Of a stretch of 64,000 nucleotides of DNA, positions 46,277 through 55,817 are shown in pieces. Each line of letters opens with the position of its first letter. Position 1 is the first letter of the stretch. The notes beneath the pieces are model-generated. The model did no database searches. It worked only from the letters and a program-made list of their open reading frames with translations, and was not told the origin of the DNA. Made by a program: the position numbers and the translations under genes. This DNA comes from an uncultured bacterium. GTDB lineage: Bacteria > Acidobacteriota > Thermoanaerobaculia > Multivoradales > JAHZIX01. The DNA lies in the NCBI GenBank assembly GCA_965368975.1, contig CBDUPA010000001.1, forward strand, positions 828,118 through 892,117, read 5' to 3'.

Positions 46277-48421
46277 ATGAAGCTTCGAAACCAACTCATC
46301 CTCGCCTTCCTCCTACTCTCGGTGGTGCCGCTCGTCACCATCGTCCTCTACGGCTACTACTCGGCCGAGGCAGCTCTGGCCGGTGCCGCGCGCAGTGAGA
46401 GCGCGCAGCTGGCCGACGACCTGCGTGGCCGCCTGAGTGAGGTGCGGCAGCGCCTGCAGCATCTCAGCCGCCTGGACGGTGCACGCTTGCTGGCGAACGA
46501 CGGCGAGTTTCTCCAGCGAAGTGTGCAGGGTGTGCCGGGTGTCGAAGGCTGGCAGTTCGCTCCGTTTCCGGGCGTGGTGGTGCCGGCAGAAGAAGGTGAC
46601 GTGGCGAGCACCTCGACAGTGCCTGGCGGTGTCCCTGAGGGAGAGCAGAGGACCTTCGTCTATGTCCTCGGAGCGCCGGAGGCGCCGGCAGCGCCGGTAG
46701 CACCGGAACCCCCGCTGGTTCACGGAAGTGAGTCCCCGCGAGCCACGCCGAGGCTACAAGCTCCCGAGTCCCGCGAAGCCCCCTCGGTGCTGCGTGACCT
46801 GCAGGAGGCGGAGGACATCGACGCGGAGTTGAAGATGCAGTTCGGGGAAACGGTTCTGGCCGCGCGGGACATCGCGCTCACGCACCTGCTCGAGCAAATG
46901 GGGCAGGCGCTGGAGCAGCACGCTGACGCCGAGGGCACGGCGGACTATCTGCAGCCGTTGGTCCACATCGCGCGCTCCTGGGAGCTGAATACCTTGTTGC
47001 GGGGGCAGCTGCAGCGGGAGAACGAATTGACGCGGCAGGTGCTGGGCAGTGACTTCGAGGTAGAAGTCAAGGACGCCGGCCGGGTTGTGGGTATCCTGCG
47101 GCCGCGCATCGAAGCCAAGAAGATGATCTACAGTCTGCTCAGCGGAACTCGCCGCCAGCGCGGTGACGTGGCATTCGCGGTCGATTCCGAGGGAGAGCTG
47201 TACGCCTTGCCGGACGATCGTGAGCGTCTCGCTGAACTGGACCTGCTCGACAGCGAGGGCCACCTGAGACCGAACCTGCAGCAGGCTGCGCCGGACTATG
47301 TCCTGTCGACGTTGGTCGACGAGCCATCCGGCTTGACCGTCGGTATTTTGCGCCCGACTGGCGAAGCCGTGGCCGGCCTGCGCCGCAACGCCGCGATCAA
47401 TCTAGCCTTCGGCCTAGGCATCGTGGCGCTGGCGTTGCTCGGTATCTTGCCGCTCTCTGGCCGCCTCACGCGCAGCCTCGGCGAGCTGGCGAACGGTGCC
47501 GAGCGATTGGCGCACGGCGACCTCCAAGTCCGCGTGCCCGTGCGTTCGAACAACGAAGTGGGCCACTTGGCACGCGCTTTCAACCACATGGCATTCGAGC
47601 TCTCCGAGCACCAGCAACGACTGCTGGATGGAGAGCGGCGGCACAAGGAGCAAGAGATTCACCAGCGTTTGCTGGAAGCCGAGAACCACCGCAAGTCGCA
47701 GGAACTCGAGGAAGCCCGACGCTTCCAACTGGCGCTGCTACCCCGCACGCTGCCGCGCTTGCCCTATCTGAGCATCGCCGTCCACACCAAGACGGCGGCC
47801 GAGGTCGGTGGCGACTACTACGATTTCCTGCTGCAGGGTGGCGCTTCGACCGATGGCGTGCTGACCGCCGTCATTGGTGACGCCACCGGCCATGGTGCGC
47901 GCGCCGGCACCATGGTCGCTGTGATCAAGAGTCTGTTCACCGCCCACGCCGCTGTCACCGAGCCGCCCGAGTTCCTGAGCCGCGCGTCGACCACGATCAA
48001 GGGCATGGGCCTGGGACGCATGGCCATGGCCCTCACCCTGCTGCGCTTCGACGGGTACCGTCTCACCGCCGCCTGTGCCGGCATGCCGCCGCTCCTGCTC
48101 TATCGCAGAGCCCAGGGCAGCGTCGAGGAGGTCGCCTTGCCGGGAATGCCCTTGGGCGGCGTGCTCGACTTCAAGTACCGTGCCTGGCAGGCTCAGCTCG
48201 AGCCCGGGGACACGGTGCTGCTGATGAGTGACGGCTTTCCGGAGCGCGTCAATGCCGCGGGGGACGTCATGGGCTACGAGCGTGCGCGCGAGGTCTTCGC
48301 CGCTGTCGCCGAGCAAGAACCGGACGCGATCGTCGCTGCTCTCGACCGAGCGGGTGGCGAGTGGGCTGCCGGGCATCCGCTGGAGGACGACATGACTTTC
48401 GTCGTCTTTCAACTGACCTGA
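46277..48421 (+). CDS. Membrane sensor: HAMP + SpoIIE/PP2C phosphatase (RsbU-like)
   Basis: Two TM helices, HAMP (EVG.LARAFN.M), EVGGDYYD, GDATGHG, SDG..E, DDMT. Confidence 0.9.
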   Translation: MKLRNQLILAFLLLSVVPLVTIVLYGYYSAEAALAGAARSESAQLADDLRGRLSEVRQRLQHLSRLDGARLLANDGEFLQRSVQGVPGVEGWQFAPFPGVVVPAEEGDVASTSTVPGGVPEGEQRTFVYVLGAPEAPAAPVAPEPPLVHGSESPRATPRLQAPESREAPSVLRDLQEAEDIDAELKMQFGETVLAARDIALTHLLEQMGQALEQHADAEGTADYLQPLVHIARSWELNTLLRGQLQRENELTRQVLGSDFEVEVKDAGRVVGILRPRIEAKKMIYSLLSGTRRQRGDVAFAVDSEGELYALPDDRERLAELDLLDSEGHLRPNLQQAAPDYVLSTLVDEPSGLTVGILRPTGEAVAGLRRNAAINLAFGLGIVALALLGILPLSGRLTRSLGELANGAERLAHGDLQVRVPVRSNNEVGHLARAFNHMAFELSEHQQRLLDGERRHKEQEIHQRLLEAENHRKSQELEEARRFQLALLPRTLPRLPYLSIAVHTKTAAEVGGDYYDFLLQGGASTDGVLTAVIGDATGHGARAGTMVAVIKSLFTAHAAVTEPPEFLSRASTTIKGMGLGRMAMALTLLRFDGYRLTAACAGMPPLLLYRRAQGSVEEVALPGMPLGGVLDFKYRAWQAQLEPGDTVLLMSDGFPERVNAAGDVMGYERAREVFAAVAEQEPDAIVAALDRAGGEWAAGHPLEDDMTFVVFQLT

Positions 48422-48477
48422 ATCGGACACCGAAGTACACCACCGAGAATGAACTACGTCCGCGATAGGATTCCACC

Positions 48478-49695
48478 ATGATTGACCCGATCAGTCTTGC
48501 TCAGACCACCGCCAGTGTGCCCTTCCTGGCGTCCCGTGTCTTCCAGTGTGGCTTTGCTGCAGCCGCGCTGGCCCGCATCAGCCACGAGGTGGATTGGGCG
48601 TGGCTGTCTCTGGTGCGTGACCTGCCGGCGTGGACCCACGGCGATCTGACGCTGCTGGTGCTCGGTATCCTGGCGCTTCTGGAGGTTCTGGCGACCAAGG
48701 ATCCGGATGCCCGGCGGCTGCTCGGCCTGTTCGACGCAGAGATGAAGGGCGCCGCACAGATCGTCTTCGCGACGGTGCTGCAGACGGGGTTTGTAGGCCT
48801 CGGGACGCGCACCGTCGAGCCGATCGAGGCGGCGATCACGACGCCGCAGATGTTGCTCGCCTTCGGCTCCGGTATCGCCGTCTGGGGTGTCGCCAAGCTG
48901 CGCCAAGGGGTGCTCGATTTCTTCGCCGAGCTGGACGAGGACGATGATCTCGGCCTGCAGCGCCTGGTCAGCTGGGCTGAGGATGGTTGGTCGATGGGTG
49001 GCATCGTCTTGGTGTTGCTGGCGCCCGTCCTCGCCGTCGTGGTCGCTGGCCTGACTCTGCTCGGCCTGTGGCTGGTCCGGCGCTGGGTCGATCGGCGCGA
49101 GACCCTGCTGCTCGAACCCTGCCCGCACTGCGGTGAGAGCCGGCATCCCAGTGCCGTGGAGTGCCCGGCTTGCCGCCAGCCCCAACCACAGCCGCGGCAG
49201 GTCGGCGTGCTGGGCCAGGCCAGCCAGCTAGCGGTCACGGACATCGCGGCCCACCGCCGCATGCTGACCGCGCGCAAGCGCTGTTCATCGTGCGCCACGC
49301 GCCTGCGCAAGAAGACCGTCCGCCAGCCGTGCCCACGCTGTGTCACCGAGACCTTCGCCTCGCGCACCGAGGTCGACCAGCACCTGGAACTAGTGAATCG
49401 TCGTTTGCCCCAGACGTTACTGATCTGCTGGGGATTGAGCTTTGTGCCGGTTCTTGGCTTGATCCCAGGCATCCTCTACTATCGCCTGGGCCTGGTGTCG
49501 AGCCTGCGGTGCTACGTCTCACCGGTCAACAACTTCTTCGGTAGGTGGATGGTGCGACTGATCACCTTGTTCCTCCTCCTGCTGCAACCAGTTCCGATCC
49601 TGGGTAGTGCGGTCTTACCGCTGATGGCGTTCACCAACTACCGGGTCTACCGCGGCATGCTCGAGAAGCAGCGCGATGCTGCCTTCCCGAGCTGA
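48478..49695 (+). CDS. Membrane protein with a DUF4126-like N-terminus and four CxxC zinc-ribbon motifs
   Basis: TM bundle with SWAED; CPHC, CPAC, CSSC, CPRC; C-terminal TM hairpins. Confidence 0.65.
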   Translation: MIDPISLAQTTASVPFLASRVFQCGFAAAALARISHEVDWAWLSLVRDLPAWTHGDLTLLVLGILALLEVLATKDPDARRLLGLFDAEMKGAAQIVFATVLQTGFVGLGTRTVEPIEAAITTPQMLLAFGSGIAVWGVAKLRQGVLDFFAELDEDDDLGLQRLVSWAEDGWSMGGIVLVLLAPVLAVVVAGLTLLGLWLVRRWVDRRETLLLEPCPHCGESRHPSAVECPACRQPQPQPRQVGVLGQASQLAVTDIAAHRRMLTARKRCSSCATRLRKKTVRQPCPRCVTETFASRTEVDQHLELVNRRLPQTLLICWGLSFVPVLGLIPGILYYRLGLVSSLRCYVSPVNNFFGRWMVRLITLFLLLLQPVPILGSAVLPLMAFTNYRVYRGMLEKQRDAAFPS

Positions 49696-49726
49696 GCTGT
49701 TGAGCTGAAGTCAGCGTTGGAGCTGC

Positions 49727-50428
49727 ATGAGCGAGTATCTCAGCGACATCCTGATTTTCTTGGGCATCTGCTTCGCCCTCTTCCTGCTGGTCATCGCGGC
49801 CATGTTGGTGGCGGTCGCGTGGCTGGGCAAGAAGTGGTTGGACAGGCTGGTGATTGCCGACCCGGAGGTGCTGCACCGGCGCCTCGACAAGCTGCGTACC
49901 AAGGCCCCTGGCCTGAGTTCGGAAGAACTGGTGCACAAGATCGTGCACCGAGAGGCGCTGAAGTGCGGTGTGGTCGGCTTCATCACCGGTTTCGGTGGTC
50001 TGCCGCTGCTGCCCGTCATGGTGCCACTGGACATCGCCGTGTCGCTGCGAATTCAGGCGACGATGGTCAACTTCATTGCCCAGGTGTACGGTCGCGAGCC
50101 GCGTTCGAGCCAGGGTTTGAAAATGCAGACCTACCTGATCATGACCGGTAGCGAGCAGGTGGTGAGTGTCTCCAGCCGTTTGCTGCGGGAGCTCTTGCTC
50201 AAGGCGGCGACGCGCTCGTTCGTCAAGATCGTGCCGCTGATCGGGGGTCTCGCCGGCTTCGCGGCCAACTGGTTCACCACGCAGGCGATGGGGCGAACGG
50301 CAGTGCGCTGGTACAACGGTGACTTGCAGGCACTACCGGACAAGGTGAGTCAGCTGCTCGGGCGCGGTGATCAGGGTGGGGTCACCATCGCCAAGGGTGA
50401 AGACGTCATCACCAAGGGCGAAGAGTAG
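49727..50428 (+). CDS. EcsC/DUF697-like membrane protein
   Basis: G..G..TG.GG...LP...P.D, IA.VYG, K.VPLIGG..G..AN. Confidence 0.75.
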   Translation: MSEYLSDILIFLGICFALFLLVIAAMLVAVAWLGKKWLDRLVIADPEVLHRRLDKLRTKAPGLSSEELVHKIVHREALKCGVVGFITGFGGLPLLPVMVPLDIAVSLRIQATMVNFIAQVYGREPRSSQGLKMQTYLIMTGSEQVVSVSSRLLRELLLKAATRSFVKIVPLIGGLAGFAANWFTTQAMGRTAVRWYNGDLQALPDKVSQLLGRGDQGGVTIAKGEDVITKGEE

Positions 50429-50439
50429 ACGGGCTGGAC

Positions 50440-51738
50440 TCAAGCGATGCGTTCGCGCACCAGAGCCGGTACCGCTGCGGTGCCCTCGCTGACGTGGAAG
50501 CAAGCCTGAAAGCGCTCGATCAGCGCCTCGTCGTGCCGGCGCAAGTAGAGGCGGGCGAGTTCGTCGCCGGCACGGACCTCGTCGCCGAGGCGGCGGGGGC
50601 AATGGAGGGCGATCTCGAAGTCGATGGCATCGCCAGGGTGGCGCCGGCCGCCGCCGGCGTCACCGAGCAGCAGGCCGAGGTCGTGGGTATCGACACTTGC
50701 CAGCACGCCCGTCGTCTCGGCGGTCAGCACCACTTCTTCAGGGGCCAGCGGCAGCACGGGCGCGCGCAACCACGTGGGGTCGGTTCCTTGCCCCGCGGCC
50801 CACTGGTCGAAGCGTTCGCGTGCACTGCCATCGGCAATGGCAGTCTCGAAGCGGGCTCGCGGTAGCGGCTGACCGAGCAGAGCCGTGACCTCTTCGCACA
50901 GCACGTAGACGATCTCCATCAGATCCGCCGGGCCGTGCCCTTCCAGGGCCTCCAGGCTCTCGCGCACCTCGCAGGTGTGACCGGCCCAGCGGCCGAGCAC
51001 CTGGCTCATGTCGGTGATCAGCGCGGAGGCAGCGGTGCCCATCGCCTTGGAGGTCTCGACCAGCAAGCGTGCCAGGGCGCGGCCGTCCTCGAGCCGAGGC
51101 AGGATCGCACCGTTGCCGGTCTTGACGTCGAAGACGACGGCGCTGGCGCCGCTGGCCAGCTTCTTGGACAGGATCGAGGCGGTGATCAGCGGCAACGAGT
51201 CGACGGTCGCGGTGACGTCGCGCAGGGAATAGAGACGGCGGTCCGCGGGGGCGATGTCGCCGGTGGGCAGGCCCATGGCCATGCCGCAGCGGCGCAGTTG
51301 CCGCAGGGCTTGCTCGCGGTCGAGGGCTTGCTGCAGGCCGGGCAGGGTCTCGAGTTTGTCGGCGGTGCCGCCGGTGTGTCCCAGGCTGCGACCGGTGAGC
51401 ATGACGACCGGTACGTCACAGGCAGCGAGCAGAGGAGCGAGAATCAGCGACACCTTGTCGCCGACGCCGCCGGTGGAGTGCTTGTCGGCCAGCAGCGGGA
51501 TCTCGTCGCACAGACGCCACTGGTCGCCGGACTCCAGCATGCCGCGGGTCAGCTCGCGTGTCTCTTCGGCATCGAGGCCTCGGATGACCGACGCCATCAG
51601 GAAAGCGCCGAGTTGAGCGTCGTTCCAACCGCCGTCTTCGGGACCAGCGCTGGCACCGTGCACGACGGCCGCGATTTCTTCCGGTGCCAGCGCGTGGCCC
51701 TGCCGCTTACGGTACAGAATGCGGTAAGGGCTGCTCAT
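50440..51738 (-). CDS. deoA: Thymidine/pyrimidine-nucleoside phosphorylase
   Basis: DKHSTGGVGDK, GRSLGHTGGT.DKLE, APADRRLY.LRDVT, SILSKK, DVK.G.GA. Confidence 0.93.
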   Translation of the reverse strand: MSSPYRILYRKRQGHALAPEEIAAVVHGASAGPEDGGWNDAQLGAFLMASVIRGLDAEETRELTRGMLESGDQWRLCDEIPLLADKHSTGGVGDKVSLILAPLLAACDVPVVMLTGRSLGHTGGTADKLETLPGLQQALDREQALRQLRRCGMAMGLPTGDIAPADRRLYSLRDVTATVDSLPLITASILSKKLASGASAVVFDVKTGNGAILPRLEDGRALARLLVETSKAMGTAASALITDMSQVLGRWAGHTCEVRESLEALEGHGPADLMEIVYVLCEEVTALLGQPLPRARFETAIADGSARERFDQWAAGQGTDPTWLRAPVLPLAPEEVVLTAETTGVLASVDTHDLGLLLGDAGGGRRHPGDAIDFEIALHCPRRLGDEVRAGDELARLYLRRHDEALIERFQACFHVSEGTAAVPALVRERIA

Positions 51739-51776
51739 GGCAACGTTCAGCGTCGAGGGGCTGCCGGCGGGCCGGG

Positions 51777-52559
51777 TCAGCCGCCCAGGCTCAGGCTCAG
51801 CGGGTTGGGCCCGGTCGGGCCCGGATCGGCGCCACCCAGTCGGTTGACCTTCAGGCGGGCGGGCGACGCGTAGCCGGACTGCGGGAACTCTTCCATCAGG
51901 CGACGGTAGTGGGGCAGTGCCTCGTCGGAACGCTCGAGCTGCTCCAGGGTCTGGCCCAGCTCGTAGAGCACCAAGTCCTCGGGCAGCGGTGGCGGTTCGG
52001 ACCTCAGCATGTCCTGCAGTTCGCTGGCCACGGTTTCGGCCTCGCCACTCTCACGCCGCAGTTGCAGCAGATTGACGTGCGCCTGCATGGCCAGCATGTT
52101 GTCACCGCCGTGGTCCAGGTAGGCCTGCCAGCCCTGGCGCGCGGTTTCGAGGTCGCCCTCGCTTGCCGCCATGTCGGCCAGCAACAGGCGGGCGACGGCG
52201 CCGGCATCACTGCTGCCATAGGCCTCGATGACGCTCTGGAAGTGCTCCTTGGCGGCGGCGTCACGGCTCGCCTCGTCGACGAAGGTCGGGCCCTTGTAGC
52301 CTTCGGGAGGCGTACCGCCCTCGGCGACGATCGGCGCGGAGAAGGTCTCCATCGCTTCGGCCAGCGCGGCGTTGGACTTTTCGGAGCGGCTGTCCTGGTA
52401 CCAGCGGATGCCGGCCACCAGAAGGACGCCGACGATCACCGCCACGACGGCGCCGACGATCAACTGAATGTGACTACGACTGTAGTCGAGGGTCTCCTCG
52501 ACCGTGGTGACGAATTGGTCTTTGCGCTTGATTTCTCGGCGCGTCAATCTGTTGCTCAT
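51777..52559 (-). CDS. YfgM-like TPR membrane protein
   Basis: RLTR.E.K..D.F N-terminus, single TM helix, TPR helices ending FP.S.Y. Confidence 0.78.
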   Translation of the reverse strand: MSNRLTRREIKRKDQFVTTVEETLDYSRSHIQLIVGAVVAVIVGVLLVAGIRWYQDSRSEKSNAALAEAMETFSAPIVAEGGTPPEGYKGPTFVDEASRDAAAKEHFQSVIEAYGSSDAGAVARLLLADMAASEGDLETARQGWQAYLDHGGDNMLAMQAHVNLLQLRRESGEAETVASELQDMLRSEPPPLPEDLVLYELGQTLEQLERSDEALPHYRRLMEEFPQSGYASPARLKVNRLGGADPGPTGPNPLSLSLGG

Positions 52560-52711
52560 GGCGCTTCCTCAGCGTGTCCCGCGGGCACGGGATGAAGATT
52601 GTGGGCGATGGGAGTGTCCTGGCGTGCGGCCTGCCTGGGCAGGCAAGGATAAACCACCCCTGTGCCGGGATCAACCGCAGGCTTCGATACCGGCTTCGTC
52701 GACAGCATGGT

Positions 52712-53956
52712 TCAGCCGTCGATCGACGCCGGCAGTGGCTCGAAGACCAGTGGATTCTCGGCTTGCAGGTTCGCGATGCGCACGCTGACGCGGCCGGCCA
52801 GCAGGGCCGCCAGCGGCTCCCCGACCACCTCGGCTCGCCAGCCGCTGAGCAGCGGCAGGGAGTCTTCTTCGTCGTCCGCGCCTTGGTTGGTTTCAGCCTG
52901 GGCGCTTGTGGCCGCCAGGCGTTCGCGCACCATCTTGCGCAGGTCTTTGTGGCTCGCCACCAGGCTCGGGGCGACCTCGGCTTGCTGGCAGGCGTGGTGC
53001 ATGCCGAGCACCATTAGCTGGCACAGCAGGTCGACTTTGGGGTCGTCGCGTTCCGGCGCTGCCGATGGTCGTGGCCATTCGGACGGGTCGAGGTCGAGCG
53101 CCTCGCCGATGGCTCGCTGCATCGCCGGAATCAGCCGCCGCAAGTCTGGACGCTCGAAACCGCGAATGCGGCGCATCTGCTCTTCGTCCTTGCTGGCACG
53201 CCGAGCCAACGCGCACAGCAGGTCGTCGCGCAACACGCGCTTGGGTCGCACGTCGCGCTGTTTTCCCGCAGCCTCACGCCAGCGCCATAGTCCCCGTAGC
53301 ACGGCGAGTTGCTTGGGCTTGAGGCCGTTGGAGCCCTTGACGCGCTGCCAGCGCTCTCGCCCGGCTTCGCGCTCGATGTCGTGCTGCCAGGCTTCCATCT
53401 CGGCGTCGAGCCAGGGCAGGCGGTCGCGGGCATCGAGTTCGCGGCGCAGGTACTCGCGTAGCGCGTGCAGGTGACGCACATCCTCAGCAGCGTAGCGCAG
53501 CTGGTGCTGCGACAGCGGTCGGCGGCGCCAGTCGGTGCGCTGCTCTCCCTTTCCCGGATCGATGTCGAGCACCTTCTTGCACAGGTTGGCATAGCCGATG
53601 GGGTAGGCGAGACCGAGCAGGCCGGCAGCGACCTGCAAGTCGAGCAGCCGGTGCGGTCGCCGGCCGGTGGCACGCAGGCAGAACAGCAGCTCCTCGCGCC
53701 CGCCGTGGATGACCGTCTCGACTGGCGCTTCCACCAGAGCCTGCCAGAAGGCGGACACGTCGGGAATCTGCAGCGGATCGATCAAGGCCAGACGGTCGCC
53801 GACCTTGACCTGGATCAGGCACAGCTCGGGGTCGTAGGAGTCCTCGGAGACGAATTCGGTATCGACGCCCACCACGTCTGCCTGGCGGATCTGGTCGCAC
53901 AGGGCGTGGAAGGCGTCGGCGTCGGTGATCATGTCGAAGTGGTCGTCGCGGCTCAT
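52712..53956 (-). CDS. rnd: Ribonuclease D
   Basis: VDTEF, LCLIQ, IDPL, TDW.RRPLS..QL.YAA.DV, HRDC domain, L.GWR.EVVG. Confidence 0.92.
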   Translation of the reverse strand: MSRDDHFDMITDADAFHALCDQIRQADVVGVDTEFVSEDSYDPELCLIQVKVGDRLALIDPLQIPDVSAFWQALVEAPVETVIHGGREELLFCLRATGRRPHRLLDLQVAAGLLGLAYPIGYANLCKKVLDIDPGKGEQRTDWRRRPLSQHQLRYAAEDVRHLHALREYLRRELDARDRLPWLDAEMEAWQHDIEREAGRERWQRVKGSNGLKPKQLAVLRGLWRWREAAGKQRDVRPKRVLRDDLLCALARRASKDEEQMRRIRGFERPDLRRLIPAMQRAIGEALDLDPSEWPRPSAAPERDDPKVDLLCQLMVLGMHHACQQAEVAPSLVASHKDLRKMVRERLAATSAQAETNQGADDEEDSLPLLSGWRAEVVGEPLAALLAGRVSVRIANLQAENPLVFEPLPASIDG

Positions 53957-54037
53957 GGCTGGGAGGATCACGGATCGAGTCGAGAAATGCAAGCGGCGGC
54001 ACGGGAGCTACAGCCCATTTCCGAGGTGCACACGAAG

Positions 54038-54062
54038 AAGGGCACCCGCGCGGGGTGCCCTT
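54038..54062 (-). terminator. Intrinsic terminator of the protease gene
   Basis: AAGGGCACCC-GCGCG-GGGTGCCCTT, followed by a pyrimidine run on the minus strand. Confidence 0.7.
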
Positions 54063-54089
54063 GGATCGGACCAAACGAGGCGAGGTGCC

Positions 54090-55448
54090 TTACTTGCAGG
54101 TCTTGCGGCCGTTCGGGCCCTTGCACTTGTTCGAGCAGCAGTCGCTGTTGCTGGTGCAGCTGTCGCCCTTGGGGGCGCAGGTCGGGCCGGGGCCGGGGCC
54201 ACCGGTGTCGCCGACGACGGCGTTGTTCGGCACGTTGTTGCCCAGGTCGTTGATGATGGCATCGATCGGCACACCACGGTTCGGGCAGTTGGCGCAGTGG
54301 TGCAGCGCGACCACTAGGTGGTCGCTATAGCCGAGCACCGGCGAGCCCGAGGAGCCGCCCTGGGTGTCACAGTAGTAGCCAATGTCGCCGGGGCCGCCGG
54401 AGCAGGCCGGCGAGTTCAGGCTGTAGACCTCGCAGAAGCCGGAGCCGTCCGATGAGTGGCCGGAGTTGACCGCGATCTGCTTGCCCCAATGTGCGGGATG
54501 CTGGGGGATGTAGATACGCTCGTTGAGCGTCGCACCTGGGCCGCGCATCTGCATGAAGCCGTAGGTACCGGTGGGGTTGGTCGGCAGCTTGACGAGGGTG
54601 TAGTCCAGCGCCGAGTCGGTCTGGACGAAAGTGGCACTGGTGGCCACGATGGTGCCTGGGCAGGCGCCCCAGCTGGCGCAGTTGGTGGAGCAGCTGCGTT
54701 CGGCCATGAACTCGTAGTTGGTGTTGTTGGCCTCACTGCTGTTGGCGACGCAGTGATTGTTGGTCATCAGGTGGCCTTCGTCGCCGACCAGCCAGCCGGT
54801 GCAGGCGTACGTGCCGGAGATCAGCAAGCGGGCGACGGCGCGCGACTTGTCGTAGATGGTCGGCTCGCTGCCCTGGTAGCACTGAGCCCAATCAGCGTCG
54901 TTGCCGCCGCAGATCGCCTTGGCCGGGCCGTCCTCGACCGGGAAGGCGTCGTCGTAGCCGCGCGCGAAGCTGTCGATCTGCACCGCACCCTCGGCCAGCG
55001 GTACGCGCGAGTAGAGCTCGACGATGGCGCGGTCACCGGCGATGTGGATGCCCCAGAAGCCACCGGCTTCGCGACCCATGCGGCCCTTGCCGAGGGCTTC
55101 GTAACGCTCCGAGCGGGTGCCGTCCGGCGCGCGCACGATCAGGGAAGCGCCCTCGGGCAGATCGAAGCGGCCGAAATGCGGCGCGATGTAGCTGGCGCCA
55201 TCGAAGAACAGTTCCTCACTCCACACCAGGCGCGGCGCACGGCTGCTGCGCTCGACGGCCGGCGAGGTGAAGCTCATCTGGATGGCTTCACCGACCTGCA
55301 CGGGACCCTGGGTCATGTCCGGCAGCTGGTTCAGGGTGTCGAGGAAAGCCTCGGTGTTCGCGGTGTGCTCGGCGACTGCCGGCAGGGCCAGCAGGGCGAG
55401 CGCCAGCAGCGCGACCACGGCGAATCGGGGGGTCTGCCTGAAGTTCAT
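54090..55448 (-). CDS. Secreted trypsin-like (S1) serine protease with a C-terminal 6-Cys module
   Basis: Signal peptide, pro-region, ICG mature start, TNNHC / LDY / GGSSGSP triad; GAGG RBS. Confidence 0.88.
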   Translation of the reverse strand: MNFRQTPRFAVVALLALALLALPAVAEHTANTEAFLDTLNQLPDMTQGPVQVGEAIQMSFTSPAVERSSRAPRLVWSEELFFDGASYIAPHFGRFDLPEGASLIVRAPDGTRSERYEALGKGRMGREAGGFWGIHIAGDRAIVELYSRVPLAEGAVQIDSFARGYDDAFPVEDGPAKAICGGNDADWAQCYQGSEPTIYDKSRAVARLLISGTYACTGWLVGDEGHLMTNNHCVANSSEANNTNYEFMAERSCSTNCASWGACPGTIVATSATFVQTDSALDYTLVKLPTNPTGTYGFMQMRGPGATLNERIYIPQHPAHWGKQIAVNSGHSSDGSGFCEVYSLNSPACSGGPGDIGYYCDTQGGSSGSPVLGYSDHLVVALHHCANCPNRGVPIDAIINDLGNNVPNNAVVGDTGGPGPGPTCAPKGDSCTSNSDCCSNKCKGPNGRKTCK

Positions 55449-55624
55449 GATGATCCTCTCGTAATTACAAGACGTACCGATGTTTCCCTGGGCAGCACAC
55501 AGACCGCCCCAGGTTTGAAGGACCCGGTTCCCATCCAGACACAGCTGTTGGATTGAACCCAGAGAGAAGAGTCGGTAGCGCGCACCACGGGCGAGCGAGA
55601 CCGAAGATATGGAAGATGGCCGCG

Positions 55625-55653
55625 AGTATAGCGGCGGCATTTGACCAGTGCAA
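55625..55653 (-). promoter_or_regulatory. Sigma70-like promoter of the protease gene
   Basis: Minus strand TTGCAC-N17-TATACT. Confidence 0.6.
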
Positions 55654-55656
55654 GGG

Positions 55657-55686
55657 CGGATCCCGTACGGACCCCGTCGGGATCCG
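55657..55686. other. Strong intergenic hairpin between divergent genes
   Basis: CGGATCCCG(T)ACGG-ACC-CCGT-CGGGATCCG. Confidence 0.55.
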
Positions 55687-55817
55687 AACTCTGCGGTGCT
55701 GAGCCACCTGCCAGCGTCTTTACCCGCACTGCGGCGTGCCGTACACTGTCGTTGTGCCGCTGTGCGGCATTTTCTGCTCATCTCGCCGCGCAGCGGCATC
55801 GACCAGGAGGCGAACTC

